Source of the DNA: a virus | Lineage: Duplodnaviria > Caudoviricetes | Length of the DNA: 60,640 nt | IMG/VR virus record: IMGVR_UViG_3300036774_000032 | Coordinates: 1 to 60,640 of that record | Direction: 5' to 3' (one strand) | Shown here: positions 55,301-60,640 of the stretch, in pieces | Layout: every line of letters starts with the position of its first letter | Numbering within the stretch: the stretch's first letter is position 1 | Position numbers and translations under genes: made by a program | Notes under the pieces: model-generated | The model's input: only the letters and a program-made list of their open reading frames with translations | Told to the model about the DNA's origin: nothing | Databases searched by the model: none

Positions 55301-57551
55301 TGTCCTCCTTGACCGCCTGATCCGCTGGCCCCATCTCGCGCTGATACTGCTCGGCGCTGGAAAGAAGATCCTGAGCCCGGGCGACGAGGTCGGTGGTGTC
55401 GGTGTCCTCCTCGTCGATGTTGAAACCGCTCTTGAGGTTGTATTCGATCTTCGGGGTCGTCTCGCGGATCTGCGTAGCGAGGAGATTTCCCTCTTCCGCA
55501 GTCGGCGGGATCAGCGGGGCCTGTTCGCCACGAGGGACCAAGACCCGGTCGATGTCATCGACGGTGACGGGGGCTGGGGCCTGACGCTCCGCAACAACCT
55601 CCTGCGCCCTCGCCTCCGCTCCCGCGGGCGGCGTAACCTGTACCGTCCCCCCTTCCGGTTTCACCTTCTCCGCCGCTGCCGTGACGGCCGGCGGGACCGG
55701 GGTCGGGCTGACGACGGTCTGGATCTCCTGGCCGGCAGGCCCCCGCGTCTCGACCAGGGTGGCCGGTTCTCCTGGCTTTGGCTTCTCCTTCACGCCATAC
55801 CCGAGGATCTCTCCCGCCTTCCCACTCTCCACTGCGTCCTGGATCTGCTCCGGCGTCTCCTTGACCTGCGCGGGATCGTAGACCACGGTCCCTTGCGAGG
55901 TCTGGACCGTCTGCATCGTCGGCGGGACCAGGACGGCGGGCTTCTTCCCTTCCGCAAGCGCCTCGGTCTGCGCGACAATGGTCTCGGGTCGCTCCGGGAC
56001 GGTGGCAGGGGAGGTAGGTTTGGCCTCTACCGGGGGCGTGGCTAGGGTGGTGGCCGGTGGAGCCTCGGGTTGAACCTGGGGCGCTGTGGGGGCTCTGGTA
56101 GGGGCGGCTCCAGCCTTCTCAGGAATAGCCTGGAGAGATGGAGGAATTCCCCCGCCAAGCCTAACCTCCTGTGGAAGGTCTGCCTCGCTTATCCCGAAAC
56201 TGGCGAGTGTTCGCTCATACCCTACCCTCGCCGCCTCCCGTTCCGCTGGCGTCGCGGCGCGCTCGGCGTTGGATTTCAGTTTATCGAGGAGCGAAAGTAG
56301 CTGTTGAGCTTCTGGTGTTTGCCACGCCGGAGGGACCGTTGGCTGAGGAGCGTTCTTCTCAATCGTCTCTCTGAATTTCCGGGCCATCCGGATCGCGCCA
56401 GCTTCCGGCCCTGCCATTAGCGGGGCTGTCGCAATGGCAATCTTTCCCAACTCTTCGGCCGTGTTAGCACTGATCGCCCCGGATTGGATAAGCGCATTGG
56501 TCAACGCTGTGAATGGGACGGAGAACGGGAGGGCAGCCAATTCTCCGAGACGGGTTCCGATTTCCTTGGTCCCGCCCTGCGATGCGGGGGCGAACGCCTG
56601 AGTGACCGGAGCTTTGGCTCCGAGGACTGCACCCGCTGCGAATCTTTGGAGCGGTGCTCCTTCTGCCTGGAGCTGTTCGAGTCGCTGTCCTCCGGCCTCA
56701 TATTCTGTGCCTTCCGGTCCAAGGGTAGGAAGGGTTGTAACCTCAGTTGGTCCTGGCGGAGTTGTCTCGAATTTGGAGAGCAGTCTTCTTACGCTTTGCT
56801 CTCTCGTCATTGGCATACGCCCAGAGATGTCAGGGAGTGTGCGTTGGATTGGTGGTGGAGGCATCGTTGGGAGGTTAAGAGTATCCGAAGTTGGAACAAC
56901 CGGCGTCACCATCGGCGCAGGCACCACGACCGGCGCAGGCGTTCTCCCCGGCATCGCTCTAGTAACGATCGCCTCGTTGGCGCGATTCTCCAGGCTCGGC
57001 GGGAGATCGCCCCCCGGGCCCTCCAGACTGATCGGCGGCGGGGCAGGCTGCGGCAGTGGCATGGACATCACGGCGTCGATGTCGTCGACCGTGACGCCCT
57101 TCCGGCCATTCCCGTTGCCCTTCCCGGTGACTTTCTTGACGTAGGCCTGGGTCTCGGGGTAGGGAGGGATCCCGCCATACTGCCCGACGGCGCCCTCGCC
57201 AGCGTTGTAGGCTGCGGCCACGAGTTCAGGGTTGTCCGGGTAAAGTCCCGTCAGGTATTTGAGGTGCTTGGTCCCGGCCGTGAGGTTTTCCAGGGGATTG
57301 AACGGGTCCTTGACCCCATACTGCGCGGCCGTCTTCGGCATGAGCTGCATGAGCCCCTGCGCGCCCTTGGGAGACACGGCCTGGGGGTCGTAATTCGATT
57401 CCGCCTGGACGACGGACCGGACGAGGTTCGGGTCGACCCCGTGGGTCGCGGCGACCTCGTCGATCAGGGCGTCAATATCGGGAGAGGAGCCTCCGGCCTT
57501 CCGGGTCGGCGTGCCGAGAAGACTGTCGATGTCCTGAACGGTGACGGGCAT
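46344..57551 (-). CDS. Giant polyvalent internal virion protein (SLT + adenine MTase + strawberry-notch helicase + zincin-like + LPD38-like; DarB-like)
   Basis: AESNY...GAQGLMQLMP...AAYNAGE; QFSTP, EPTAGTG, NPPW; DVGVGKT, DEAH, TATP, QEMGRVDRSGQ; HEIGH; LPDWER...LPKPF.WG. Confidence 0.9.
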   Translation of the reverse strand: MPVTVQDIDSLLGTPTRKAGGSSPDIDALIDEVAATHGVDPNLVRSVVQAESNYDPQAVSPKGAQGLMQLMPKTAAQYGVKDPFNPLENLTAGTKHLKYLTGLYPDNPELVAAAYNAGEGAVGQYGGIPPYPETQAYVKKVTGKGNGNGRKGVTVDDIDAVMSMPLPQPAPPPISLEGPGGDLPPSLENRANEAIVTRAMPGRTPAPVVVPAPMVTPVVPTSDTLNLPTMPPPPIQRTLPDISGRMPMTREQSVRRLLSKFETTPPGPTEVTTLPTLGPEGTEYEAGGQRLEQLQAEGAPLQRFAAGAVLGAKAPVTQAFAPASQGGTKEIGTRLGELAALPFSVPFTALTNALIQSGAISANTAEELGKIAIATAPLMAGPEAGAIRMARKFRETIEKNAPQPTVPPAWQTPEAQQLLSLLDKLKSNAERAATPAEREAARVGYERTLASFGISEADLPQEVRLGGGIPPSLQAIPEKAGAAPTRAPTAPQVQPEAPPATTLATPPVEAKPTSPATVPERPETIVAQTEALAEGKKPAVLVPPTMQTVQTSQGTVVYDPAQVKETPEQIQDAVESGKAGEILGYGVKEKPKPGEPATLVETRGPAGQEIQTVVSPTPVPPAVTAAAEKVKPEGGTVQVTPPAGAEARAQEVVAERQAPAPVTVDDIDRVLVPRGEQAPLIPPTAEEGNLLATQIRETTPKIEYNLKSGFNIDEEDTDTTDLVARAQDLLSSAEQYQREMGPADQAVKEDISAEADLLRDTLAKWQGETELHPQGVGRPRPEPVKPPRTLRGRKPKPSPIQPGGEQFERLRSDLEASTGQQYSDEAVLAHVESAGGWGKPGTTPKPSPMENAPPGGFTEADKVPAITNATTYIRSITSLPLREYATEWLSYVTGNRPDPPPMNRLSVGALKGIVDRLAGMGFKEKAEAAPAPAPEPDRPGLTKFGTNPNGSTVYVDANGARVIFERGMRLTQPVRLIPGRQGFGKGILGPELLYKDGRTEFLTQEEIAQFGTKEESPSPRPLPGRAAEKPAEEIGTETDEIIDRFTEEHKGIFSEWPKSEPPLRYGLGVNPNTREIFYDRESLKSLSDEITTKGGDGPKWVESALEEEIIHRRDANVTPGDYWKAQEKLWEEVPKNVQEAITSLHGREPRRAMAELTRILFQFREGSRPTEFYRGDREDSEALKTIEEWDAPKVIQDHLDLIAKSPLTTEGPSPYEHADRLKKLVASFETDLANRNFARDGRELRARAAATLGEDTARLGQDPAAVDDIFDAVEVALNKKAKNALDSLPRESSLGVRIGEAERIESLIPNRLRTIEVSQRQQFSTPLPISVAAAYALDLQPGDIVTEPTAGTGNLLAPLPPGTPIKANEIDPRRAEALRLQGYDVTQEDALRVGSTGTVVTMNPPWGKYTTGKYGKPIPQTWGTPVDWSERFTTKEMRELPANGRIVSVMPTTILKDAPFLKFLQGGVERGFEKTPGEGFTLRALVKSPPGAYITRGTDVESVILVVDKGGIPDAPEPIRATPASWEEYAAALEPLSGGGTHSRVGGAVPHERPAAVPAVRPAPGRPAHPRPEAPAPRPSTLGPVAPGEPGRQPETGGAGTGGERTPGLRPGEPGAGVVAPGTSGGPSHPVGAGTVRHPEARVGEPALTRTGEDLRYSYADQSEFDAARRSGIFTPAPLRSSPGNSPHPRLIVKTRSLAGARLPELTYNPKGKLLPAAAARKSISDQQWDYGIVPALQANEQGHGFLSAADVGVGKTRIAAGVMGEWLETGQANRILYVTAGRVNIEDVKQQLNDYVGGPWPYEIIDVSRYADSKAKPGREIQPLPVVDKSVYIIDRYNLSAFTDAIQRLGPDAVVGDEAHLYKNIDDSSVGKNWLAIQRQILDRKGKFLYLTATPAVDFDDLEALIGLREWAPGGFADYKARVTGQAVESATSPAQLAEEFKRLQTRFEEVAKKAGWGEDAIWEFSRRGFSDPGAPYISRETQVDRYEQAISALTGKIEELGGTVTPEVPSMGSDSGEIGVTAQQPGRGGRRARRDVFTSFITPAEQEQIMRELAMKGKYDSVDLWRSGVEFDVQTNLLNPEQIQEYEQVSNLIRDISQAWSKFAPFDKTIRGFGPRSFFQMEAKRRMFDYRLDHAIAEAKASLARGEQPVISVINTKEGKLQEGPIPAAINQINDRLREVDSDTGEIVVDEEIPEALVARAELLEKWEQIRTVPSPVEKVLDAFGRENVALVTGDVLAKNRERMIREFQEGKRKVAFISGAGKTGISLHHVTRTPGGAEGRRNFIETDYEWSATTFKQEMGRVDRSGQLSGPKITALSTGLSGERKFLATIANRMRNLGALSKGSAESASNDKLADFELGGSLDTYAMRVAYRDLPVEIQEQFLSSKFRDPNHPEMNTRSIPQAAELRDFLLDLQFMHPDAANQAFDTFWANREQAIAAQEEDERETSAAQRTKTYRGNVLRTTDLRSDLTLFEVKDDHGQQFGILQGIITPHMTQIAPYLPQSSNPNITAPVRRYVTFQSPNEQISGLEIRHGAISPIAQRFGKTITKNLDTPEAVLEALNAGDRIPLEGKGGYVLRKRRDGLITVDGARMADRDQLTPAGASYSPAGNFFHVKPENMGRFLQRFPAKQQTVERGTAAAPEIEGMPQGQPDPSQPNFRSPSPADEADIVKRTDIIRGLEESTRVVRQGTPRRSLRGAFIRRPEVFRLQNMTDVEALAHEIGHLIQKKLLDPVIPRLSIPTEAQAKLEGMGRDLYRGRGKPASGYLAEGLAEFSRLYVENPDLLEQKVPGFLEPFEAAMRRYEPDVLDAMGAARNRLQMWREQPALAKVLSRIAPSGAEAPRISLKDRWRKLVANWEDRDIIARDIEQAMVEGRELSPDQSAYIAARMFRHVDAVVDTVLQDGPLVYGTDAERTGPGLLEILKPVHQDLAAFDGYLAARRLDDVFKHADKAARVLQGIIDDIMAKRQAGEEVPADEAASAMAALEQMQKTKEIADRESKSGVTAAVVREAIREAEAKYPTFADAAERLYDFQDAIQQYRRDAGLMSAETYEAITGAWPHFAPIEKVKDVTGFPYLRGRGRQLTAPPQRLKRYRGSPEDILSPLEVIYRRTGEAIRDVWRNEIVRRLYAIEQQSEGKGMLFEQVKESGPNTVATWIDGKRMYLRVHPDVYEYLNALGELPKDFLAAMFKPFTALLRYGVTTNPKWIVNNLFRDQWDAFVQSVGGYRPTDTAWAIREVMRRGPEYKRYLASGGAQGGLYATMNEDAVRMAMAELMKHPTVAKRILFAARHPLATVNYIAHVGEEATRLGQFERARESALSEGMSPRGAMEQAGIMGGAEATLDFRKQGRIASVVNQAVPFFAPGVNAVGKFFRTWKDRPIKTLLRGMVITAISTALWYMTKDDPRIRDLPDWERVYFWNIPINGTIDTATWEKMSPKERADYERTHYIVPLPKPFVWGQVFGTLAEILLDKMASKHPEALNRIGKSIAQGFSIPFRVSGIVPLWENAANYDSFRDRTIVPDFLEKLAPEEQYTAYTPETYKKTSRMLRGVRDVPLLGQLASPLKTQHLVEGMTGGLGRELVKLSDVALEALGGSVSPKTAKGAADLPIVGGFVARTPSGQSQAINDFYDALTKSREVMGTAKKMSKEAGRAGEVPAYIQENRPEAQRAKSLENAAREMSKLGQQQNSIRNAPNLTPEERQQKIDTVQEAKIKLATDVLRFIGERETPPRQMRGRK
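52478..52921 (-). CDS. Candidate nested overprinted gene (147 aa)
   Basis: GGAGGA plus GTG start. Codons in this frame are GC3-rich, while the host frame is a low-complexity Pro/Gly/Arg linker. Confidence 0.5.
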   Translation of the reverse strand: MSAEPSRTNAPRPSLPSDRPPDAPPIRDQKPLPHGPAHSALSLLANPDGSLKPEAQELAVNGLLDFDQESLVPVWWPREHPEDHHILSERERYDTLKHELGNLLSLGRGKTSGTATQTSPSLTPHDVVESLRLLHSALALETPPTLD

Positions 57552-57552
57552 G

Positions 57553-58938
57553 TCACTCCCCGCGGTTGACGGTGTCCGCTACGCGCTGGCGTTCGCCTGG
57601 GTTGAGTTGCTGCCACGTCTTGTTCGGATAGAGCTTTGCCACGGCGGTCAGATAGCGCTGCCGCTGCTGCTCTGCGGTCGCCGGATCAACGGCTGCAGGC
57701 TGGACGCTTGCCGTCTGCTGGGGCCGTCCAGCTCCTACGTCTCCGGAGGTGTCGCGTCCTGGCATCGGGCGATTGCCCTTCCGGTTCAGGTAATCCGTGA
57801 GGGTCTTGATCGTCCCCTGGATGCTCTTGATCTCCGAATGGTAGAAATCCTTGTCCTCCGGCGTGATGTTCGGGTCGAAACTGGAAAGCTTCTGCTCGTA
57901 ACTGGTCAGCATTGGCCGCAGGGTGTTGATGTGAAGGCGGACCTCCTTCACCGGGACTTCCTTTCCGGCGTCGATCGCGTCGATGATGTTCCCGGCGTTC
58001 TGGACGGCACGCATGTTGTCCCGTCGCATGATCGCCATATCTTCATCGGCCTGTTGCTTCGCAGTCTTTGGCTCAGACGGATTCGTGAAACTCGGCTGGG
58101 TCGCGCCCGGTGGGATGTACGACGCGCCTTTGCCGACCACATGGCCTGTCTGCGGCGTCTGCCTCTCCGGGCGAACGGATTTGCTGAATTTGTCGTACAC
58201 GCCCACCCAATGCTTCCCGCCAGTCGGGTTCTCCTTGATTGCCCCGCCGAGCGCATCGAGGAGAGATACCTCTGGCGAGTTTCCTGCCTCTAATCCGGTT
58301 CGATACCACTTCGCCATGCTCCCGAGGACCTTCCCGGAGTCGTCCGGAGCCTCGGTGAACATCTTGAATACGGCTTTTGTCATATCGTCAGCCATGCCAA
58401 GATTTCCCCGAGTAGCTATTCCAAGAGCCTTGACTGAGAAGGCCCGAGCCTCCTCCGGTGTCATCGCTGGCTTGGCTGTAGCGAAGAGGTTGCCAAGCTC
58501 CTGAAGTCCTGACTTCTGGAGGTTCTCCGATTCCACCGCCTGCGGGGTCCGGAGCCCCAACGCCCCGAAGACCTGGGGACGGTGTTGGACAACGCGGGCG
58601 AGCACGTCCGCGGGAACGGATTGGGATAACTCCGGAAGGGTCTGCGGGGCACGCATCTGTTTCAGGTCGAGGAGATTCTGCCCGGCGAGGTCGGACACGT
58701 CAGTCGGTTCGACTGGCGTCTGTGTCCCCTGGAGAACCGGGACGTTGCCTCCTTGGCTCGCCCGCAGCACGGCGGAGATGTCGTTCGGGAGGGCCTGCTC
58801 CTCCGAGAGTTGCTGCTGTAGGCGCTGCCGTTGGAGGGCCCGGATGGCGGATTCCTCTTGAAAGGCTTTCTGTTGGAGCACCCGCTGGGCCGATTGATTA
58901 TACGCATTCCAAAATGCCGCCCCCGCATCCCCTGGCAT
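57553..58938 (-). CDS. Internal virion / ejection protein
   Basis: Gln/Ala-rich helical protein upstream of the SLT-bearing giant gene. Confidence 0.65.
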   Translation of the reverse strand: MPGDAGAAFWNAYNQSAQRVLQQKAFQEESAIRALQRQRLQQQLSEEQALPNDISAVLRASQGGNVPVLQGTQTPVEPTDVSDLAGQNLLDLKQMRAPQTLPELSQSVPADVLARVVQHRPQVFGALGLRTPQAVESENLQKSGLQELGNLFATAKPAMTPEEARAFSVKALGIATRGNLGMADDMTKAVFKMFTEAPDDSGKVLGSMAKWYRTGLEAGNSPEVSLLDALGGAIKENPTGGKHWVGVYDKFSKSVRPERQTPQTGHVVGKGASYIPPGATQPSFTNPSEPKTAKQQADEDMAIMRRDNMRAVQNAGNIIDAIDAGKEVPVKEVRLHINTLRPMLTSYEQKLSSFDPNITPEDKDFYHSEIKSIQGTIKTLTDYLNRKGNRPMPGRDTSGDVGAGRPQQTASVQPAAVDPATAEQQRQRYLTAVAKLYPNKTWQQLNPGERQRVADTVNRGE

Positions 58939-58959
58939 GGAGCCACCCCTTTCCGAAGA

Positions 58960-59283
58960 TTAGTACGTGACGACGCTCCCGCCCGAACCGAACATCGTGC
59001 CGAGGTTTTCTCCTCCGCCAGCCCCGGTCCGTTTCAGGGCCGCGGTATTGTAGGAATCCCAAAACGATTTCCCGGCGTCTCCAGGAGAGCGAGTCGCTCC
59101 GTAGGGAAGTCCACCCTGCGAAGGAATCGGCCCAAGCCCTGCGCGTATCTGGGCTAATTGGTTGGCCTGCATCTGCTCCTGTTCCGCCTGTTGCTGTTGC
59201 TGTGCCTGCTCTTGGGCGGCTTGCTGTTGTCGCTGTGCCAAGATCGCAGCCAGGAAGGGATTCATGTCTTGTGGCACGTTCAT
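58960..59283 (-). CDS. Small Gln-rich internal virion protein
   Basis: GAGGAG RBS; poly-Gln/Ala helix. Confidence 0.6.
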   Translation of the reverse strand: MNVPQDMNPFLAAILAQRQQQAAQEQAQQQQQAEQEQMQANQLAQIRAGLGPIPSQGGLPYGATRSPGDAGKSFWDSYNTAALKRTGAGGGENLGTMFGSGGSVVTY

Positions 59284-59292
59284 TCTCCTCTC

Positions 59293-60009
59293 TTACATTC
59301 CGCCCAGGCCAGACATTCCGCTCTGCGACGCGAACATCACGCCTTCGTGGAGCTGCTGGCGGAACGCCATGTCGTTGATGTTCTTCATCTGGGCATTCTG
59401 CATCGCAGCCAGATTTTGCGCGTTGTAGACCTGGGCGTTCTGGTTCCGGTAGTTCCCGAGGAGGTCCGTCACCTGGTTCGGCGTTTGAATATCGTTCTGT
59501 TTGAGCGTCTGGGGCACCCAGGAGAGAGGATTCATGGCATAGCCCTGCTGTTCTCCGGCCGTGATCTCTCCGCGGGCTGCCGAGTAGCGCAACTCCTCCG
59601 CCCGTTTCTTGTACTCCGCGAGGGCCTGCTGGCCAGGCGTCGAGTTTTCCCAGCCCGGACCAAGCTGCCGTTGCAGGTTCGCCCGGAGGGTGGACTCCTG
59701 CTCGGTCAGGGACCGCTCCAGCCCCGGATCGACGGGCAATTCTCCGGCGAGCGCCTTCTTGTACCGATCGAGGTACGCCAGGTTCATGTCCTGGGTAGAC
59801 TTCGCCATGTTGGCGACGTAGTCGGCATACGGCTGGCCGGTCAGTTCCTCGAATTTTTTCCGACCGGCCGCTTCGTCTGCCGCGTTTTGTTTGTTGATGG
59901 CGAGGTTCTGTTGAGCCAACTCCAGTTGCGTCTTGTCCAGGTCTTGCTGGGTCTGGCTCTCCGCTGGATACTGCGGTGTGTCGACCTTGGGCGCTTGCCA
60001 GAGACACAT
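59293..60009 (-). CDS. DNA transfer / ejection protein
   Basis: Gln-rich; L....G.....STPG.QAL motif; Gly/Met-rich end. Confidence 0.65.
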   Translation of the reverse strand: MCLWQAPKVDTPQYPAESQTQQDLDKTQLELAQQNLAINKQNAADEAAGRKKFEELTGQPYADYVANMAKSTQDMNLAYLDRYKKALAGELPVDPGLERSLTEQESTLRANLQRQLGPGWENSTPGQQALAEYKKRAEELRYSAARGEITAGEQQGYAMNPLSWVPQTLKQNDIQTPNQVTDLLGNYRNQNAQVYNAQNLAAMQNAQMKNINDMAFRQQLHEGVMFASQSGMSGLGGM

Positions 60010-60019
60010 GATGTCCTCC

Positions 60020-60418
60020 CTAGAAGTCCTTCACCCACCAGGACCGGCCATCCGCCATCTTGTAGGGGCGGAATCCCCAGAATCGGGCGTACCGGATCAT
60101 TTCGGGCCGCTTGGCCTGCCGTTCGTCAGAGATGGTAAAGAGCGCCTGTGGAATCCCCTGTGCCCGACAAAGAGTTGCCCACGCCTCTCCCACCGCCAGG
60201 AACCGTTTACCCCGTGCCTGCCCTGGCACCATGAATACATGCTCTAGAAGGGCATAGGACCGTCCGTCCTGATCCACCCGGCGCCCGAGGAAGGCGCCGA
60301 TCGGGTTCCCGGCGTCGTCCCGCGTGACCGCCAGGAGGTCGGCCGTCCAATCGCACGGCTCGTCGAGGGGGGCGAGTCGCAGGAGGTCCTCTACGATGGA
60401 GCGCTCGTCGGTTGTCAA
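60020..60418 (-). CDS. GNAT-like protein preceding the ejection genes
   Basis: IGAF.......ALLEHVFMVP..ARG...GF.PY; TTG start overlaps the GT stop. Confidence 0.55.
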   Translation of the reverse strand: MTTDERSIVEDLLRLAPLDEPCDWTADLLAVTRDDAGNPIGAFLGRRVDQDGRSYALLEHVFMVPGQARGKRFLAVGEAWATLCRAQGIPQALFTISDERQAKRPEMIRYARFWGFRPYKMADGRSWWVKDF

Positions 60419-60640
60419 TAGTAGGCGTACTCCCCAATGTGCTTCACAGGGATGGTCGGATCGCACCAGACCTCGATTCCACGCCGCCACGCCTGGCGAC
60501 AAAACCAGACATCCTCCGTCATGATGTGGCCTCGAACTTCGTCAAGGCCGAACCACGGTGGCTCAATCCTCTCGAAGACGCTGGTCTTAATGACCATCAG
60601 GCCGGTCCCCACGGAGAAACACTTAAACAAAGACGTTGGA
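60415..60640 (-). CDS. GT-A glycosyltransferase, 3' part (begins at 382)
   Basis: GTGLMVIKTSVF..I..PWF...TEDVWFC...VKHIG. Confidence 0.85.
   Translation of the reverse strand, partial: PTSLFKCFSVGTGLMVIKTSVFERIEPPWFGLDEVRGHIMTEDVWFCRQAWRRGIEVWCDPTIPVKHIGEYAYY

Noticed and set aside
58898-60007. 369-aa alternative minus-frame ORF over the ejection genes
   Set aside because: Arg/Pro/Gly-rich off-frame composition; codon bias favours the annotated frames, unlike the 52478-52921 case.
1-60640. Alternative genetic code
   Set aside because: Conserved genes are full length in the standard code and TAA, TAG and TGA all serve as stops. The two broken genes are single-base frameshifts.

Overview
The window is an apparently complete, circular, GC-rich dsDNA tailed-phage genome. 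Bases 1-23 equal 60618-60640, and a glycosyltransferase ORF reads through that junction. Nearly all real genes lie on the minus strand. The gene order is podovirus-like: an early/recombination region (Cro-like HTH, SbcD/SbcC, VRR-NUC, lambda-O-like initiator), a first methyltransferase/glycosyltransferase module, lysozyme-like gene, terS, terL, portal, scaffold, major capsid, decoration and fibre genes with an O-antigen-ligase-like gene, a second GT/MTase module, adaptor, nozzle, tail fibre, ejection proteins, a 3735-aa polyvalent protein, a papain-like peptidase and small membrane genes. There are four free-standing homing endonucleases, one of them frameshifted. I recognised no integrase, CI repressor, polymerase, CRISPR array or tRNA. 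The most unusual signals are: (i) short peptide motifs reused across unrelated virion-region proteins, namely a mimic of the scaffold C-terminus in three small proteins, an identical MSLALFLKSV N-terminus written with different codons, a 15-copy beta-strand repeat with a single-copy partner, and motifs shared among ejection proteins; (ii) a probable nested gene overprinted on the giant protein's linker; (iii) glycosylation machinery embedded among virion genes. All family calls come from motifs recognised by eye; no database searches were run.
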